A stretch of 64,000 nucleotides of DNA from Nannocystis bainbridge (GCF_028368995.1 NZ_JAQNDL010000005.1:320001-384000); one strand, 5' to 3'; positions 10,587 to 20,316 are shown, counted from the stretch's first letter. Made by a program: numbers and translations. Notes: generated by a model not told the origin, from the letters alone.

Positions 10587-11870
10587 TCACTGCCCGCAGC
10601 GATTAAAATGGCCGAACCGCTGGGCCACCGCCGACGCCGGGAATGTGCGCACCAGCGATTGCGCCGCCGACAGCGCCGCGGGCTCGTCGCCGAGTCGGCA
10701 CAGCGCCTCGATGCGCGCCGCCTCGCGCACGTCCGCCAGCGCCCCGCCGGGGAACCGCTGCGCGTGCTCGGCCACCCCGGCCAGCGCCGCTGCCGGATCG
10801 CCGGCCGCCAGCTGCGCCTGCACGCGATCGATCGCCGCCACCTCCGCGGCCAGCCGCGCCCCCGCGTCGCTCGCCTCGGGCTTCGGCGCCTCCGCCTCGC
10901 TCGTCGCCCGCGGGCTCGCGGCGCTCTGGGAGGATGTCCCTTTGGACATGTCCTTCGGGACCTGCACCGGGATCACCGCCGGCGCGGCGATCGGCGCCGG
11001 CGTCGGCGCGGCCGCGAGGACCGGGCCCGGCTGCTTCGCCGCCACGACCGGCGCGCTGGCCACGGACGGGCGCTCGGCCGCGCGGGCCGGCGCGCGCGCG
11101 ACCACCAGCCCGATGGTCGCCGCTCCGGCCACGATCATCGTCGTCGCCGCCGCCGTCTGCGAAGTCACCCACGCCGCCAGCCCGACCTTCGCCGCGCTCT
11201 TGCCGAACATCGGCAGCATCAGGCCCCACGTGCGCGACTCGGCCTCGCGCGGCGGCGCCTGGCGCTGGCGGGAGGCGTCGCGCAGCGAATCGAGGCGACC
11301 GCCGATCACCAGCGCCTGCAGCTGCTGCCGCGCCAGTCGCAGCCGCGAATACACCGTATTGACCGGCAGCCCCAGCTCCGACGCGATCTCCGGCGCGCTC
11401 ATCCCCAGCAGCTCCGTCATCTCCCACACCGTGCGGTTGCCGTCGGCCAGCTCGCCGAGCACGCGCGTCAGCAGCTGGGCGTCGTCGTGGCGCTGCTGCG
11501 GCGCCGCGGCCTGCGGGCGGGCCAGCTCGGCGAACGCCGCGTGGCGCCGGGCCAGGCGCGCGGCCCCGCGGCGGTGGCGGAACGCGACCCGGCGGGTCAC
11601 CCCGAACAGCCAGGCCCGCGGCGACACCTCGAAATGCAGCTCCTCGAGCCGGCGGTACGCGGTCAAGAACACCTCCTGGACCACGTCGTCGACCGTGCCG
11701 CCCGGCACGCCGAAGTGCTGGGCCGCCGACCACACGAACGCGAATTCGGCGCGATACAGCGCCTGAAAGCGTCGCAGGTGGGGTTCGTCCTCGTGAGCGG
11801 TTTCGCGCGGGGTCATCGCCGGTCCGGCTGGTGCCCACGATTCTCCGGCCTGCCGGCGATCCGTCACCAT
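10587..11870 (-). CDS. ECF sigma factor with long C-terminal extension (TM plus TPR-like)
   Basis: Sigma2 DDVVQEVFL..RAWLFGV and sigma4 MSAPEIASELGLPVNTVYSRLRLARQQL, then hydrophobic IVAGAATIGLVV and a helical HAQRFPGGALADVREAARIEALC tail. Start is 11870 (coupled to the upstream stop) or 11816. Confidence 0.85.
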   Translation of the reverse strand: MVTDRRQAGESWAPAGPAMTPRETAHEDEPHLRRFQALYRAEFAFVWSAAQHFGVPGGTVDDVVQEVFLTAYRRLEELHFEVSPRAWLFGVTRRVAFRHRRGAARLARRHAAFAELARPQAAAPQQRHDDAQLLTRVLGELADGNRTVWEMTELLGMSAPEIASELGLPVNTVYSRLRLARQQLQALVIGGRLDSLRDASRQRQAPPREAESRTWGLMLPMFGKSAAKVGLAAWVTSQTAAATTMIVAGAATIGLVVARAPARAAERPSVASAPVVAAKQPGPVLAAAPTPAPIAAPAVIPVQVPKDMSKGTSSQSAASPRATSEAEAPKPEASDAGARLAAEVAAIDRVQAQLAAGDPAAALAGVAEHAQRFPGGALADVREAARIEALCRLGDEPAALSAAQSLVRTFPASAVAQRFGHFNRCGQ

Positions 11871-12880
11871 GGATCTCCGAACCGCATCTCGACCCCCAGG
11901 AGCAGCCGCCCCGACGCCCACGGCGTCCACAGCGGCACCGGCTCCGGGGCCGCGTCGAGCTCGAACTGCGGGTGCACCGGCGACAGCGCCAGCTGCAGCG
12001 CGCCCCACACGCTCCAGCGGGCCCCGGCGTGCCACGCCAGCCCGGCCCCGAGCACCCCCGCCAGCCAGCCCTGCGCCGCCGCCCGGCCCGTCGCCAGCCC
12101 GCGCGCCTCGCCGCGCATCGCCCCCGCCTCGAGCCCGACGCACAGCGGCACCTCGACGGGCCCGCGCCCCAGCCGGCCGCAGCCGTGCACCGCCCCGGCG
12201 AACAGCCCCGCCCGCACCTCGACCTGAAACCCGGCCACGTCGCGCACCTCGCCCCGCGGCGCCACGAACAGCCCCTGGACCTCGACCCGCCAGCGCGGCC
12301 ACAGCAGCCCGCCCGCGAGCCCGACCGCCCCGGTGATCCGCGGCGCCGCCCCCAGCTCGCCGCCGCCGTGCAGGCGCACGAACCCGCCTGGCCGTTTGGA
12401 CCTGTCTGAAGAGACAGTCTCGCGCGCCGGCTCGGGCTCCGCGATCGGCGCGAACCGATCGTCCAGCGGCTCGGCCGTCACCGCCTCCACGACCGGCTCC
12501 GGCCGCGGCTCGCTCGCGACCTCGGGCTCGGCCTCGCTCGCGGGCGCCGGCACGCGGGCCGGCTCGACCGCGGCGGCCACCAGCAGCGCCACCACGTCGG
12601 CCAGGGCCGCGCACGACGGGTCGCTGACCTCGCGGGTCTCACCGCGCTCGCCGGCGGTCAGCCGCAGCCGCAGGGTGAAGCCCCGCTCGCCGCGCACCAC
12701 CGTCGCCTCGACCGCGGCCTCCTCGGCCGTCAGCGGCCGGCCCAGCCGGCGCGCGACCGCCCCCAGCACCTCCGCGCGCTCGGGGCAGCCCGCCGGCGCG
12801 CGCCACTGCAGCGCGTCCTCGGACGGCGCGGGCACCTGCGCCGCGCCGAGCAGCGGCGCGAGGGCGAGGCGCACGAGCAT
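11864..12880 (-). CDS. secreted / outer-membrane beta-barrel-like protein associated with the ECF gene
   Basis: Signal peptide, N-terminal WRAPAGCP...CAALA domain, and C-terminal alternating beta-strands ending LLGVEMRF. Confidence 0.7.
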   Translation of the reverse strand: MLVRLALAPLLGAAQVPAPSEDALQWRAPAGCPERAEVLGAVARRLGRPLTAEEAAVEATVVRGERGFTLRLRLTAGERGETREVSDPSCAALADVVALLVAAAVEPARVPAPASEAEPEVASEPRPEPVVEAVTAEPLDDRFAPIAEPEPARETVSSDRSKRPGGFVRLHGGGELGAAPRITGAVGLAGGLLWPRWRVEVQGLFVAPRGEVRDVAGFQVEVRAGLFAGAVHGCGRLGRGPVEVPLCVGLEAGAMRGEARGLATGRAAAQGWLAGVLGAGLAWHAGARWSVWGALQLALSPVHPQFELDAAPEPVPLWTPWASGRLLLGVEMRFGDPW

Positions 12881-13017
12881 CGTCGGCCCAACATACCACG
12901 CGACCGCCTGCGGCGAGCGCCCGCGCGCGGACCCGCCCGCCACCTCTGCGCACATGGATGGGTCCGATCGTCGCACCGCCCGGCGACACCGCGAGGGCCC
13001 GGCTACGATCGCCGCGC

Positions 13018-13476
13018 ATGAACCTCGAAGCCTGGCTGCAGCCCCTGATCTGGCTCGCCGGCGTCGGCCAGATCGCCCTCGCGCTCGCCTCGCTGGCGAT
13101 CCCGCGGCAGCTCGGCTGGCGACTCAAGCTGGCCGGCATGTCGCCGCTGCTCCGGCAGATGTTCTGGGTCTACGCCGCCTACATCCTCGGCACCAACCTC
13201 GCATTCGGCCTGGTGTCCGCGCTGGCGCCCGCGAGCCTGCTCGACGGCAGCCCGCTGGCCGCCGCGGTGTGCACATTCATCGCCATCTATTGGCTGTCGC
13301 GGGTCGTCGTGCAATGGACCTACTTCGACCTGACCGAGCTGCCGCGCTCGCGCTTCAACACCTTCGCGCGCGTCTCGCTCGAGCTCGCGTTCGTGGCCCT
13401 GACCGTCGTCTACGCCGCGGCCGCGTACACCAATGGCTGCGCTCCCCGGGCCGACTTCCATGCCGATCGCCGTTGA
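13018..13476 (+). CDS. hypothetical integral membrane protein
   Basis: About four TM helices, motifs LLRQMFWVYAAYI and YWLSRVVVQW. Overlaps the MBOAT gene. Confidence 0.8.
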   Translation: MNLEAWLQPLIWLAGVGQIALALASLAIPRQLGWRLKLAGMSPLLRQMFWVYAAYILGTNLAFGLVSALAPASLLDGSPLAAAVCTFIAIYWLSRVVVQWTYFDLTELPRSRFNTFARVSLELAFVALTVVYAAAAYTNGCAPRADFHADRR

Positions 13477-14413
13477 CGTGGCGCTCGCCGTCACCGGCGC
13501 GGCGCTGAGCGGGGTGCTCGCCGTCGGCTTCGTGCTGCCGCGATTGCGCGATCGGGCGGCCGCCCGCGCGCTCGCGTGGACGAACGTGCTCACCGGCCTC
13601 GTCGCCGTCCTGCTCGCCTGCGTCGCCGCGCCGGCCGGCTTTCGCATGTTTGCGATCTGCGGCGTGGTCCTGTTCGCCATGAAGGGCGTGGTCGCCGTCG
13701 AGGAGCGCCACGCCCACGATCGCCGGCTCGATCCGCTCGCGTGGATCGGCTGGGCCGCGGCGTGGCCCGGCATGCGCCCCGACCTGTTCGCCGCCCTCCC
13801 GTGGCGCCCGTTGCCCGGCGCCGGCGCGCTGCTGCGCAAGGGCGCGATCCGCCTCGGCGTCGGCGTCCTGTGCCTGCTCGCCGCGCGCCTCGTATTCCCC
13901 CGCTCCGAGCTGCTCGCCGCCGCCCTGGCCCTGCCCGGCCTCAGCCTGGTGCTCCACTTCGGCCTCTTCAACCTGCTCGCCGGCGCCTGGCGCCTGGTCG
14001 GCGTCCCCGCGTATTCGCTGTTCGACCACCCGCTCGCTGCTCGCGGCCTGTCCGAGTTCTGGGGCCGCCGCTGGAACCTCCCCTTCACCGAGATGACGCA
14101 GCGCGCCGTCTATCGCCCGCTGCTGCCCGCGCTCGGCCGCGACCGCGCCGCCGTGCTCGCGTTCGCCTTCTCGGGCCTGCTCCACGAGGTGGCCATCAGC
14201 CTCCCGGTCCGCGCCGGCTTCGGCGGGCCGATGCTGTACTTCCTGCTCCACGGCGGCGCCACCCGCCTGGAGCCGCGCCTGCGCCCCGCCTTCGCGCGCC
14301 GCCCGTGGCTGGCCCACGCCTGGACCGTCGGGTGGTTGGTGCTGCCGATGCCGCTGCTGTTCCACCCGCCGTTCCTCCGCGGCGTGGTCTGGCCATTGCT
14401 CGGCCTCGCGTGA
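13460..14413 (+). CDS. MBOAT_2 / wax synthase family O-acyltransferase
   Basis: Motifs PLAARGLSEFWGRRWN and FAFSGLLHE (catalytic His). Confidence 0.9.
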   Translation: MPIAVDVALAVTGAALSGVLAVGFVLPRLRDRAAARALAWTNVLTGLVAVLLACVAAPAGFRMFAICGVVLFAMKGVVAVEERHAHDRRLDPLAWIGWAAAWPGMRPDLFAALPWRPLPGAGALLRKGAIRLGVGVLCLLAARLVFPRSELLAAALALPGLSLVLHFGLFNLLAGAWRLVGVPAYSLFDHPLAARGLSEFWGRRWNLPFTEMTQRAVYRPLLPALGRDRAAVLAFAFSGLLHEVAISLPVRAGFGGPMLYFLLHGGATRLEPRLRPAFARRPWLAHAWTVGWLVLPMPLLFHPPFLRGVVWPLLGLA

Positions 14414-14433
14414 GGCGGGCGCAAATGCATGCA

Positions 14434-14475
14434 TGTCCCATTCGACATGTTTATAAAAACATGTCCTTACGGCCA
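14434..14475. repeat. three tandem 14-bp palindromic units
   Basis: TGTCCCATTCGACA, TGTTTATAAAAACA, TGTCCTTACGGCCA, contiguous. Confidence 0.8.
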
Positions 14476-14605
14476 TGCATCATCGCACCCGTCGCCGCGA
14501 TCGCGCCGACGCACGACCTCCCGGTCGCGCCTGGCGCCGTGGAAGGTCGATCCCGCGCGGCACGGCGCCCTGTCGTGCGCGGCTCGCTCGCGTTACCATC
14601 GCCGC

Positions 14606-15115
14606 GTGAACTTCTCGGCCCGGCTCGCCCCCCACCGCTCGACCTGGGCCATCGTCCGCCTCACCTGGGCCCCGCTGTTCGTCACGATGGCGGTCGTCCT
14701 CGGCGCCTCGGCGCTGCGCAGCGCCGCCCCGACGGCCGCCGACGGCTTCGCGTTCCTCGCCGGCCCGCTCTTCATCGCCGCGGTGGTCTACGTCGTCTTC
14801 ACCTGGAAGCGCGGGCCGATGCTCACGATCGAGGGCGGCACCCTGAGCCTCGGCGAGCGGCGGATCGCCGTCGCCGAGGTCCAGGCCAGCGTCGAGCAGC
14901 ACGTCTTCAAGGTCTCGTCGCGCTACATCCGCGGCACCTTCTGGCACCCGCTGCTGGCGCTGCGCCTGCCCGACGGCAGCACCGTCCGCATCGTCTGTCC
15001 CCTCGGCGGCGGCGGCGAGGCCAGCGGGCGCAAGCCCTCGCCGGCCCCGGATTACAACCTCGAGCCCGCCCCGTGGAACGAGCTCGCGGCCTTGCTCGGC
15101 GCCAGCGGCCGCTGA
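14606..15115 (+). CDS. hypothetical membrane protein (2 TM plus PH-like tail)
   Basis: GC3-biased ORF with two hydrophobic helices. GTG start is inferred. Confidence 0.65.
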   Translation: MNFSARLAPHRSTWAIVRLTWAPLFVTMAVVLGASALRSAAPTAADGFAFLAGPLFIAAVVYVVFTWKRGPMLTIEGGTLSLGERRIAVAEVQASVEQHVFKVSSRYIRGTFWHPLLALRLPDGSTVRIVCPLGGGGEASGRKPSPAPDYNLEPAPWNELAALLGASGR

Positions 15116-15122
15116 AGCGGGC

Positions 15123-16724
15123 TCACGGCGTGCAAGCGGCCGGGCCGACCCTGACGTCGTCGACGTTCCAGCTGCCGACCAGATACACCAGAGTGCTGCC
15201 GACGTTGAAGCACCAGCGCGCGCGGAAGTCGGCGTTCTTGTGCGGCGTGACGTTGTACGAGAAGAACTTCCACTCGGTGTCGTAGGTCCCGGTCGCGAGC
15301 GTCTCCCAGAGGACCACCCAGTTGGTGCCGTTGTACACCGACAGCGTGTTCTTCATGTACGGCGTATAATCGCTGTTGATGTAGCGCCAGTACGACAGGT
15401 GGACGTCGGCCGGCGCCGCGGACAGATCGATCGTCGGGCTCTCGAGGCAGTAGTAGTCGTGGATGGTGGAGTTGGGGATGCAGCCGCCGAGGACGACACC
15501 GGCGACGCCGTTGTCGTCGGTCGGGGTGTGGTCCAGCGCGGGGTCCTGGCCGTTCTGGCAGCCGACCGACGCGGCCGCGGGGCCGATCGCCCACTGCGTA
15601 CCGAGCGTCCAGCCGGCGCCGTTGTCCGAGAAGTCCTCGTTGAAGAGATCCTCGAGCGACGGGCCGCACACGCCGGCGTCGCACACCTCGAGGTTGGTGC
15701 AGGAGTTGCCGTCGTCGCACGCGGTGCCGTCCTGGACCTCCTGGGCGAAGCAGCCACTCACCGGGTCGCAGGCGCCGGTATGACAGGCGCCGGCCTCGCC
15801 GCTGCAATCGAGCGGAGTGCCGCCGCCGCAGCTACCGGCGTTGCAAGTGCTGCCCTCGAAGCAGACGGTGCCGTCCTCGCACGCCTGGCCGTCGTTGACC
15901 GGCTCGGCGACGCAGGTGAAGCCCGGCATCTGACACGCGCCCTCGGTGCAATCGCCGTCGAGCATGTCGCAGTCGGCGTCGCTCAGGCACAGCGGCGCGG
16001 TGCACAGGCCGAGCGTGCAGATCGCCGACAGGCAGTCGCTGTCCTCGAGGCACAGCCCCTCGCCGAGGCAGCCGTTGCAGGTCGCCCCGCCGCAGTCGAC
16101 GTCCGTCTCGTCCTGGTTGAGCACGCCGTCGCCGCAGGTCGCCTGGGCGCACGCGCCGTCGGTGCACACGCCGCTGGCACAGTCGCTGGCCTCGGCGCAC
16201 GCGAGCGCGTCGCCGCAGGCCGGGCAGGTCGCGCCGCCGCAGTCGACGTCCGTCTCGTCGGCGTTCTTGACCAGGTCCTCGCAGCTCGGCGCCGCACACA
16301 CGCCGCCGACGCAGCTGCCGATCTCACAGTCGCCGTCCTGCGTGCACTGGAGGCCGTCGGCGCACGGCGAGCAGGAGCCGCCGCAGTCGACGTCGGTCTC
16401 GTCCTGGTTGAGCGTGCCGTCGTCGCACGAGGCCGCGGGCTCGGTGGTGACCTCGGTGGTGCTCGGGTGCAGCGTCGAGTCCGAGGAGGCCGTCTCGTCG
16501 GCGGTGGTGCTCGTCGAGGTCGTCGGCGTCCCCGTCGTCGTCGTCGTCGAAGTCGGCGGCTCGTTTGTGGTGACCGGCGTCCCAGTCGTCCCCGGTTCGC
16601 CGGTGCTGGTGTCGGTGGTACTGGCGGATACTTGCCCGTCCGTGGTCGTCGTGCCGGCGTCTCCGCAGCCAGCGAGCGCGAGGGCGCCGACGAAGAGCGA
16701 TACTTGGGTCCGTGGGGTGGTCAT
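15123..16724 (-). CDS. Cys-rich repeat lipoprotein with C-terminal jelly-roll (MAM/adhesin-like) domain
   Basis: Lipobox LALAGC, Thr-rich linker, three DETDVDCGG repeats, CDDGNSCT repeat, C-terminal LESPTIDLS...WNVDDV. Confidence 0.85.
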   Translation of the reverse strand: MTTPRTQVSLFVGALALAGCGDAGTTTTDGQVSASTTDTSTGEPGTTGTPVTTNEPPTSTTTTTGTPTTSTSTTADETASSDSTLHPSTTEVTTEPAASCDDGTLNQDETDVDCGGSCSPCADGLQCTQDGDCEIGSCVGGVCAAPSCEDLVKNADETDVDCGGATCPACGDALACAEASDCASGVCTDGACAQATCGDGVLNQDETDVDCGGATCNGCLGEGLCLEDSDCLSAICTLGLCTAPLCLSDADCDMLDGDCTEGACQMPGFTCVAEPVNDGQACEDGTVCFEGSTCNAGSCGGGTPLDCSGEAGACHTGACDPVSGCFAQEVQDGTACDDGNSCTNLEVCDAGVCGPSLEDLFNEDFSDNGAGWTLGTQWAIGPAAASVGCQNGQDPALDHTPTDDNGVAGVVLGGCIPNSTIHDYYCLESPTIDLSAAPADVHLSYWRYINSDYTPYMKNTLSVYNGTNWVVLWETLATGTYDTEWKFFSYNVTPHKNADFRARWCFNVGSTLVYLVGSWNVDDVRVGPAACTP

Positions 16725-17017
16725 CAATGCGCAGAGTGCCAGGATCGCGCCAGCGACTGGAAGCCCACCGTTCGGGGAGACTCGGCGAATGATGGCAGCG
16801 CGCAGACCGCCGCACGTCCGGCGCACTGCGTAGTTGTAGGTACCGCGACCGGGGGCGCCGGCGCCGCCGAGACCGCTGTCGCGGCGTCAACCCGCCATTG
16901 CCATGTAATCAACGTTCAGGCCGGTCGTCGCACCGAGCTGAACGCGGGTCGGCGAAACGTCGTATTGCGGGGAATGCACCGACATCGGGGGTTCACCTCG
17001 CCGTCGAGCCCGCCGTT

Positions 17018-17370
17018 CTACCAGTTCTCGGCGTAGGAGTATTCCTGACAGGAGCCTGGTTGCGCGGCGGCACGATCTGCCGCTCGTCTCGGGCCTGTCG
17101 TCTCGATGTCGTCGCTACTTCGATGGATCTCGCGACGATCTTCCAAAGTTGGACGCGAGGATGGCCGTCGATCGGAGGTCAACGCCGTGCGCCGGGCTTC
17201 CACCCGTCCGGAAGCCACCACGCGGAAGGGGTGCACGTGCAGCCGATTCACGAGCCGGCGAATCAGCAGATACGCTGCATACGTCAGCAGGGTCAGGTTG
17301 GCCAGGTACGCCGCTGGCATGAAGACATAGACCAGCGACGAGTACCCACCCCACCGGATGTATGACCTCT
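17018..17370 (-). pseudogene. possible 5'-truncated membrane protein remnant
   Basis: Lower-GC frame with hydrophobic YSSLVYVFMPAAYLANLTLLTYAAYLLI, abutting the IS66 remnant. No convincing start. Confidence 0.3.
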
Positions 17371-17468
17371 TGTCTACCACCTGCCAGGATCGTCCGCCGC
17401 ACACCATCGCCCGGGCGCCACGCCGGGCTCCGCCGGCACCCGAGCGCGCTGCAGGCGACCCCTCTCGC

Positions 17469-17800
17469 CGACATCTTCGCCTCCGGGTGCGCGGCCGCGT
17501 GGAAGCCGAGGCGCTCGCGCGTGTGCTCGACGTACTGGAGGCGCGGCGATGATCCCTACGTCGGTGCGGATCTTCGTCTGCACGCAGCCGGTCGACATGC
17601 GGCGCAGCTTCGATGGACTCGCCGCGGCGGCGAAGCAGGTGATCGGCGAAGACCCGCGGAGCGGCGCGCTGTTCGTATTCACGAACCGGCGCTCCAACCG
17701 CCTCAAGGTGCTGTGGTGGGACAAGAACGGCTACTGCCTGTCAGGCAAGCGGCTGCATCAGGCGTTATTCCGGCTCCCGTCCGCGAATGACCCTTCCGAC
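17469..17800 (+). mobile_element. tnpB: IS66 family remnant: TnpA C-terminus plus truncated TnpB accessory gene
   Basis: From 17549: MIPTSVRIFVCTQPVDMRRSFDGL...SGALFVFTNRRSNRLKVLWWDKNGYCL..KRL, the IS66 TnpB pattern. The preceding LRVRGRVEAEALARVLDVL* overlaps by ATGA. No TnpC transposase follows. Confidence 0.9.
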
Positions 17801-17829
17801 AGGAAGATGCTCGCCGATCGTCTCTGGCC

Positions 17830-18393
17830 TTACTCGGGCAATTCAGGCCTTCTACGGAAGCGCCGTTCGACCGCACCGAGCCAAACAATATAAACCATGA
17901 TAATACCGATGCCCCAGAATGGGCCCGTGGCAAATACAACAAGAGCGCCGAGCGACAACTCTAGGGTGAGCCGTGCGGCTCCTCCGAGGTTCCCGAAATG
18001 GTGGCGGAAGAAGGCTTGTTGGAACTCCTCGGTAGCGCAGAAGCCAAGAGGTTGATCAGGGCCAGCCTGAACCAAGGCCGCGGACTGGGCGGGTGTGGAC
18101 TGGGCAGGTACGGATTGGGCGGGTAATCGCGCCGATCGCCGTTGGATGCGGTCGCGCATGCGCCGCTCGATTACACCAGCAAGAGGAAGCAGTAATAGAC
18201 TATACACCCATATTTGCCACGTCGATAAACCGAACAAGCTATCCAAGAGCGCGAGCGGGATGAAGGCCAAAGCCATTGCCCCAATACCCAGCGGTGTGCG
18301 AATCGCTATGTTCCAGAATTCGCGCGTTGGCCAGAAACCCAAGTACTGGGCGGGGAAGGGCCGCTTCCCGTAGATTTCCATGTACTCCTTCAT
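17830..18393 (-). CDS. membrane protein with internal duplication (candidate immunity protein)
   Basis: Two modules LGFxxTxEF...TM...(V/A)(I/V)ERR(M/F)R joined by PAQSV-PAQST-PAQSA. ATGA-coupled to the upstream gene. Lower GC. Confidence 0.7.
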   Translation of the reverse strand: MKEYMEIYGKRPFPAQYLGFWPTREFWNIAIRTPLGIGAMALAFIPLALLDSLFGLSTWQIWVYSLLLLPLAGVIERRMRDRIQRRSARLPAQSVPAQSTPAQSAALVQAGPDQPLGFCATEEFQQAFFRHHFGNLGGAARLTLELSLGALVVFATGPFWGIGIIMVYIVWLGAVERRFRRRPELPE

Positions 18394-18962
18394 TTCTTGT
18401 CCCTCTTGTTCTGGGCCTTATCACATTTGTTCTTCACATAGGCACCAGCGGCGAGCCCGGTTGTTGCGCCGCAGGGACCACAACCGGTCACCGTAACAAT
18501 GCCGACCGTGGCGGCCGCAAATGCTCCAGCTAACCAGCATTTCCATCGCGCTTCGTCCTCACCGAGGCCCGCTAGCTCAAGCCCTTCATCCAACCAGATC
18601 TGCACGATGCTGGCGGCGATCCGGGCGACCCGCTTCGGAGATAGGGATGTAGACGAGTGACCGAACTCGCCCACGAACTCCCAATCGACGAACCGAAGGT
18701 CGACGATCGGAACGCGCTCGACAACAAATGTGGCCGTGCCGCTCCCGCTAGCATCGATGCGCAAAGCAATGCTCAGCGGGCCGACGTCCGGCAGGACATA
18801 GTCGATCTGACCGGCGATTCCGTCCGTGAAGTTGAATGAGGCGGTGAGGTTCCGAACGTGGCTTGGCGCCGTTAGTACTTCAGCGAAGGTCGCCTCGACC
18901 TCATCGCAAGCGGATACCGGGCCGGGTAAGGAGAGGGAGAGGATGAGGGCGATGGCGTGCAT
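18390..18962 (-). CDS. secreted protein with Gly/Ala/Cys-rich cationic C-terminus (bacteriocin-like precursor candidate)
   Basis: Signal peptide MHAIALILSLSLPGPVSA. C-terminus WKCWLAGAFAAATVGIVTVTGCGPCGATTGLAAGAYVKNKCDKAQNKRDKK. Confidence 0.7.
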   Translation of the reverse strand: MHAIALILSLSLPGPVSACDEVEATFAEVLTAPSHVRNLTASFNFTDGIAGQIDYVLPDVGPLSIALRIDASGSGTATFVVERVPIVDLRFVDWEFVGEFGHSSTSLSPKRVARIAASIVQIWLDEGLELAGLGEDEARWKCWLAGAFAAATVGIVTVTGCGPCGATTGLAAGAYVKNKCDKAQNKRDKK

Positions 18963-19278
18963 GAGCGTCCTGGGATGCTGGATGAGGCTCAGAGATCTGC
19001 AAGGTGAAGGGCAGACTTTCTCGAACCCGTCGCTAGCCGCCGATTCCGCGTAATCCCGGGCGCCGGCGATGACGCCGCCGATGCCACCTCACTTAGCCGC
19101 TAGGTGCGGCGACCTCGGCAGCGCGGTTGGCGAGTCTAGCGAGCGAGCAGCAACAACTCCGCCATGGCGAACAGTCGCCGCGCCCGACTCGACTCGCTAC
19201 CTCCGTCGACGGCATCGACCGGCGCTCATGGATGACTACCGCTGCCCGGCCGACAAAAGCACCGGGTCGAGGAGTCGA

Positions 19279-19460
19279 CTACGGGTAGAAGAAGCATTCT
19301 TGACCCTGGTAGTTGCCCGAGCAAATGCTGTTGCATTGACTTCTAGCACTAACATGGGCGTCCGAGCAACTGCTGCCTACACCGTTAGCGGTGCGAGGAA
19401 CTGGATCAGCACCGCACCAGCACCAACCCCAGGCAGTGTAGTAAGAAAGGGGCAAATCAC
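19279..19460 (-). pseudogene. orphan Cys-rich C-terminal gene fragment
   Basis: Low-GC segment encoding YYTAWGWCWCG...SSCSDAHVSARSQCNSICSGNYQGQECFFYP*. The upstream frame is the shadow of the opposite-strand gene. Confidence 0.4.
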
Positions 19461-19483
19461 CGCCGCGTGCGGCATCATCCAGC

Positions 19484-20090
19484 GTGCCGGCCTCCCCCTC
19501 TGCGGCGTCGGCCGGACTGGCCGCATGGGACGTCGCGGCCCGCCACCTCGTCGACGACGACCCGGCGGCGGCGGCGGCTGTCCTTTCGGACATGCCCGCG
19601 ACCACGGCGCGCGAGCACGCGATCCGGCTGGTCATCCTCGAGCGCCTCGGCGACCTCGCGGGGCTCGAGCGAGCCGCCGGGCCCGCCGCAGCGGTCTTGC
19701 TCGACCCGGCGGCGCGGGCCGACCTCGCCGTCCTCGTGCGCACCCGCCCGCTCGTCGCGGCCGCCCTGGTCGGCGCCTGCGCGCCGCTGCTGCCCGCGCT
19801 GGTCGACGTGTGGTCCGGGCTGCGCGCTCACCTCGGCGACGGTGAGGTCCGCCGGGCCGCGCTCGCCGGGCTGCACGCGCTCGCCCCGGCGGCCCCGACC
19901 GGCCCCGAAGACCACGCGGCGCTGGCCCGGTTGCTGGCGCTGCGCGGGCTGCTGGCGGCCTCCGAGGGCCGGAGCGCCCCGGCGATCCGCGACCTCGAGG
20001 CGGCGCTCGAGCGGGTCAGCCCGGACCTCGACGAGGACGAGGAGCTCGCCGAGATCCACGCGCCACGCTCGCGCGCCTGCTGGCCCCGGA
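19484..20090 (+). pseudogene. helical TPR-like protein fragment
   Basis: Strong GC3 bias and Ala/Leu-rich helices up to EELAEIHA, after which the frame loses coding character. Both ends look truncated. Confidence 0.5.
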
Positions 20091-20316
20091 GTCGCCGGCG
20101 CAGGCCCGGGTGCACGCGCAGGCTGCCATTCGCCGCAGCGTCACGCCCGAGCGGACCCGCGAGCGCATGCTCGCAGAGCCGGCGCTCGCGGGCTTGCTTG
20201 CCGACGACGCGCCGTGAAGCCGGGACCTGGCCTCATTCATCCCGCCGACACCTCCCGGGTTGTGTGGCACGCTCCGGCGAGGCGCCGGCAGATCCGGCCG
20301 CCGATCGGAGGACACG

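Noticed and set aside
15123-16724. DETDVDCGG repeats as a novel repeat system
   Set aside because: Ordinary coding Cys-rich repeats, common in myxobacterial surface lipoproteins.
17549-17893. tnpB as an RNA-guided IS200/IS605 TnpB nuclease
   Set aside because: The sequence is the unrelated small IS66 accessory TnpB (DMRRSFDGL motif), and it is truncated.
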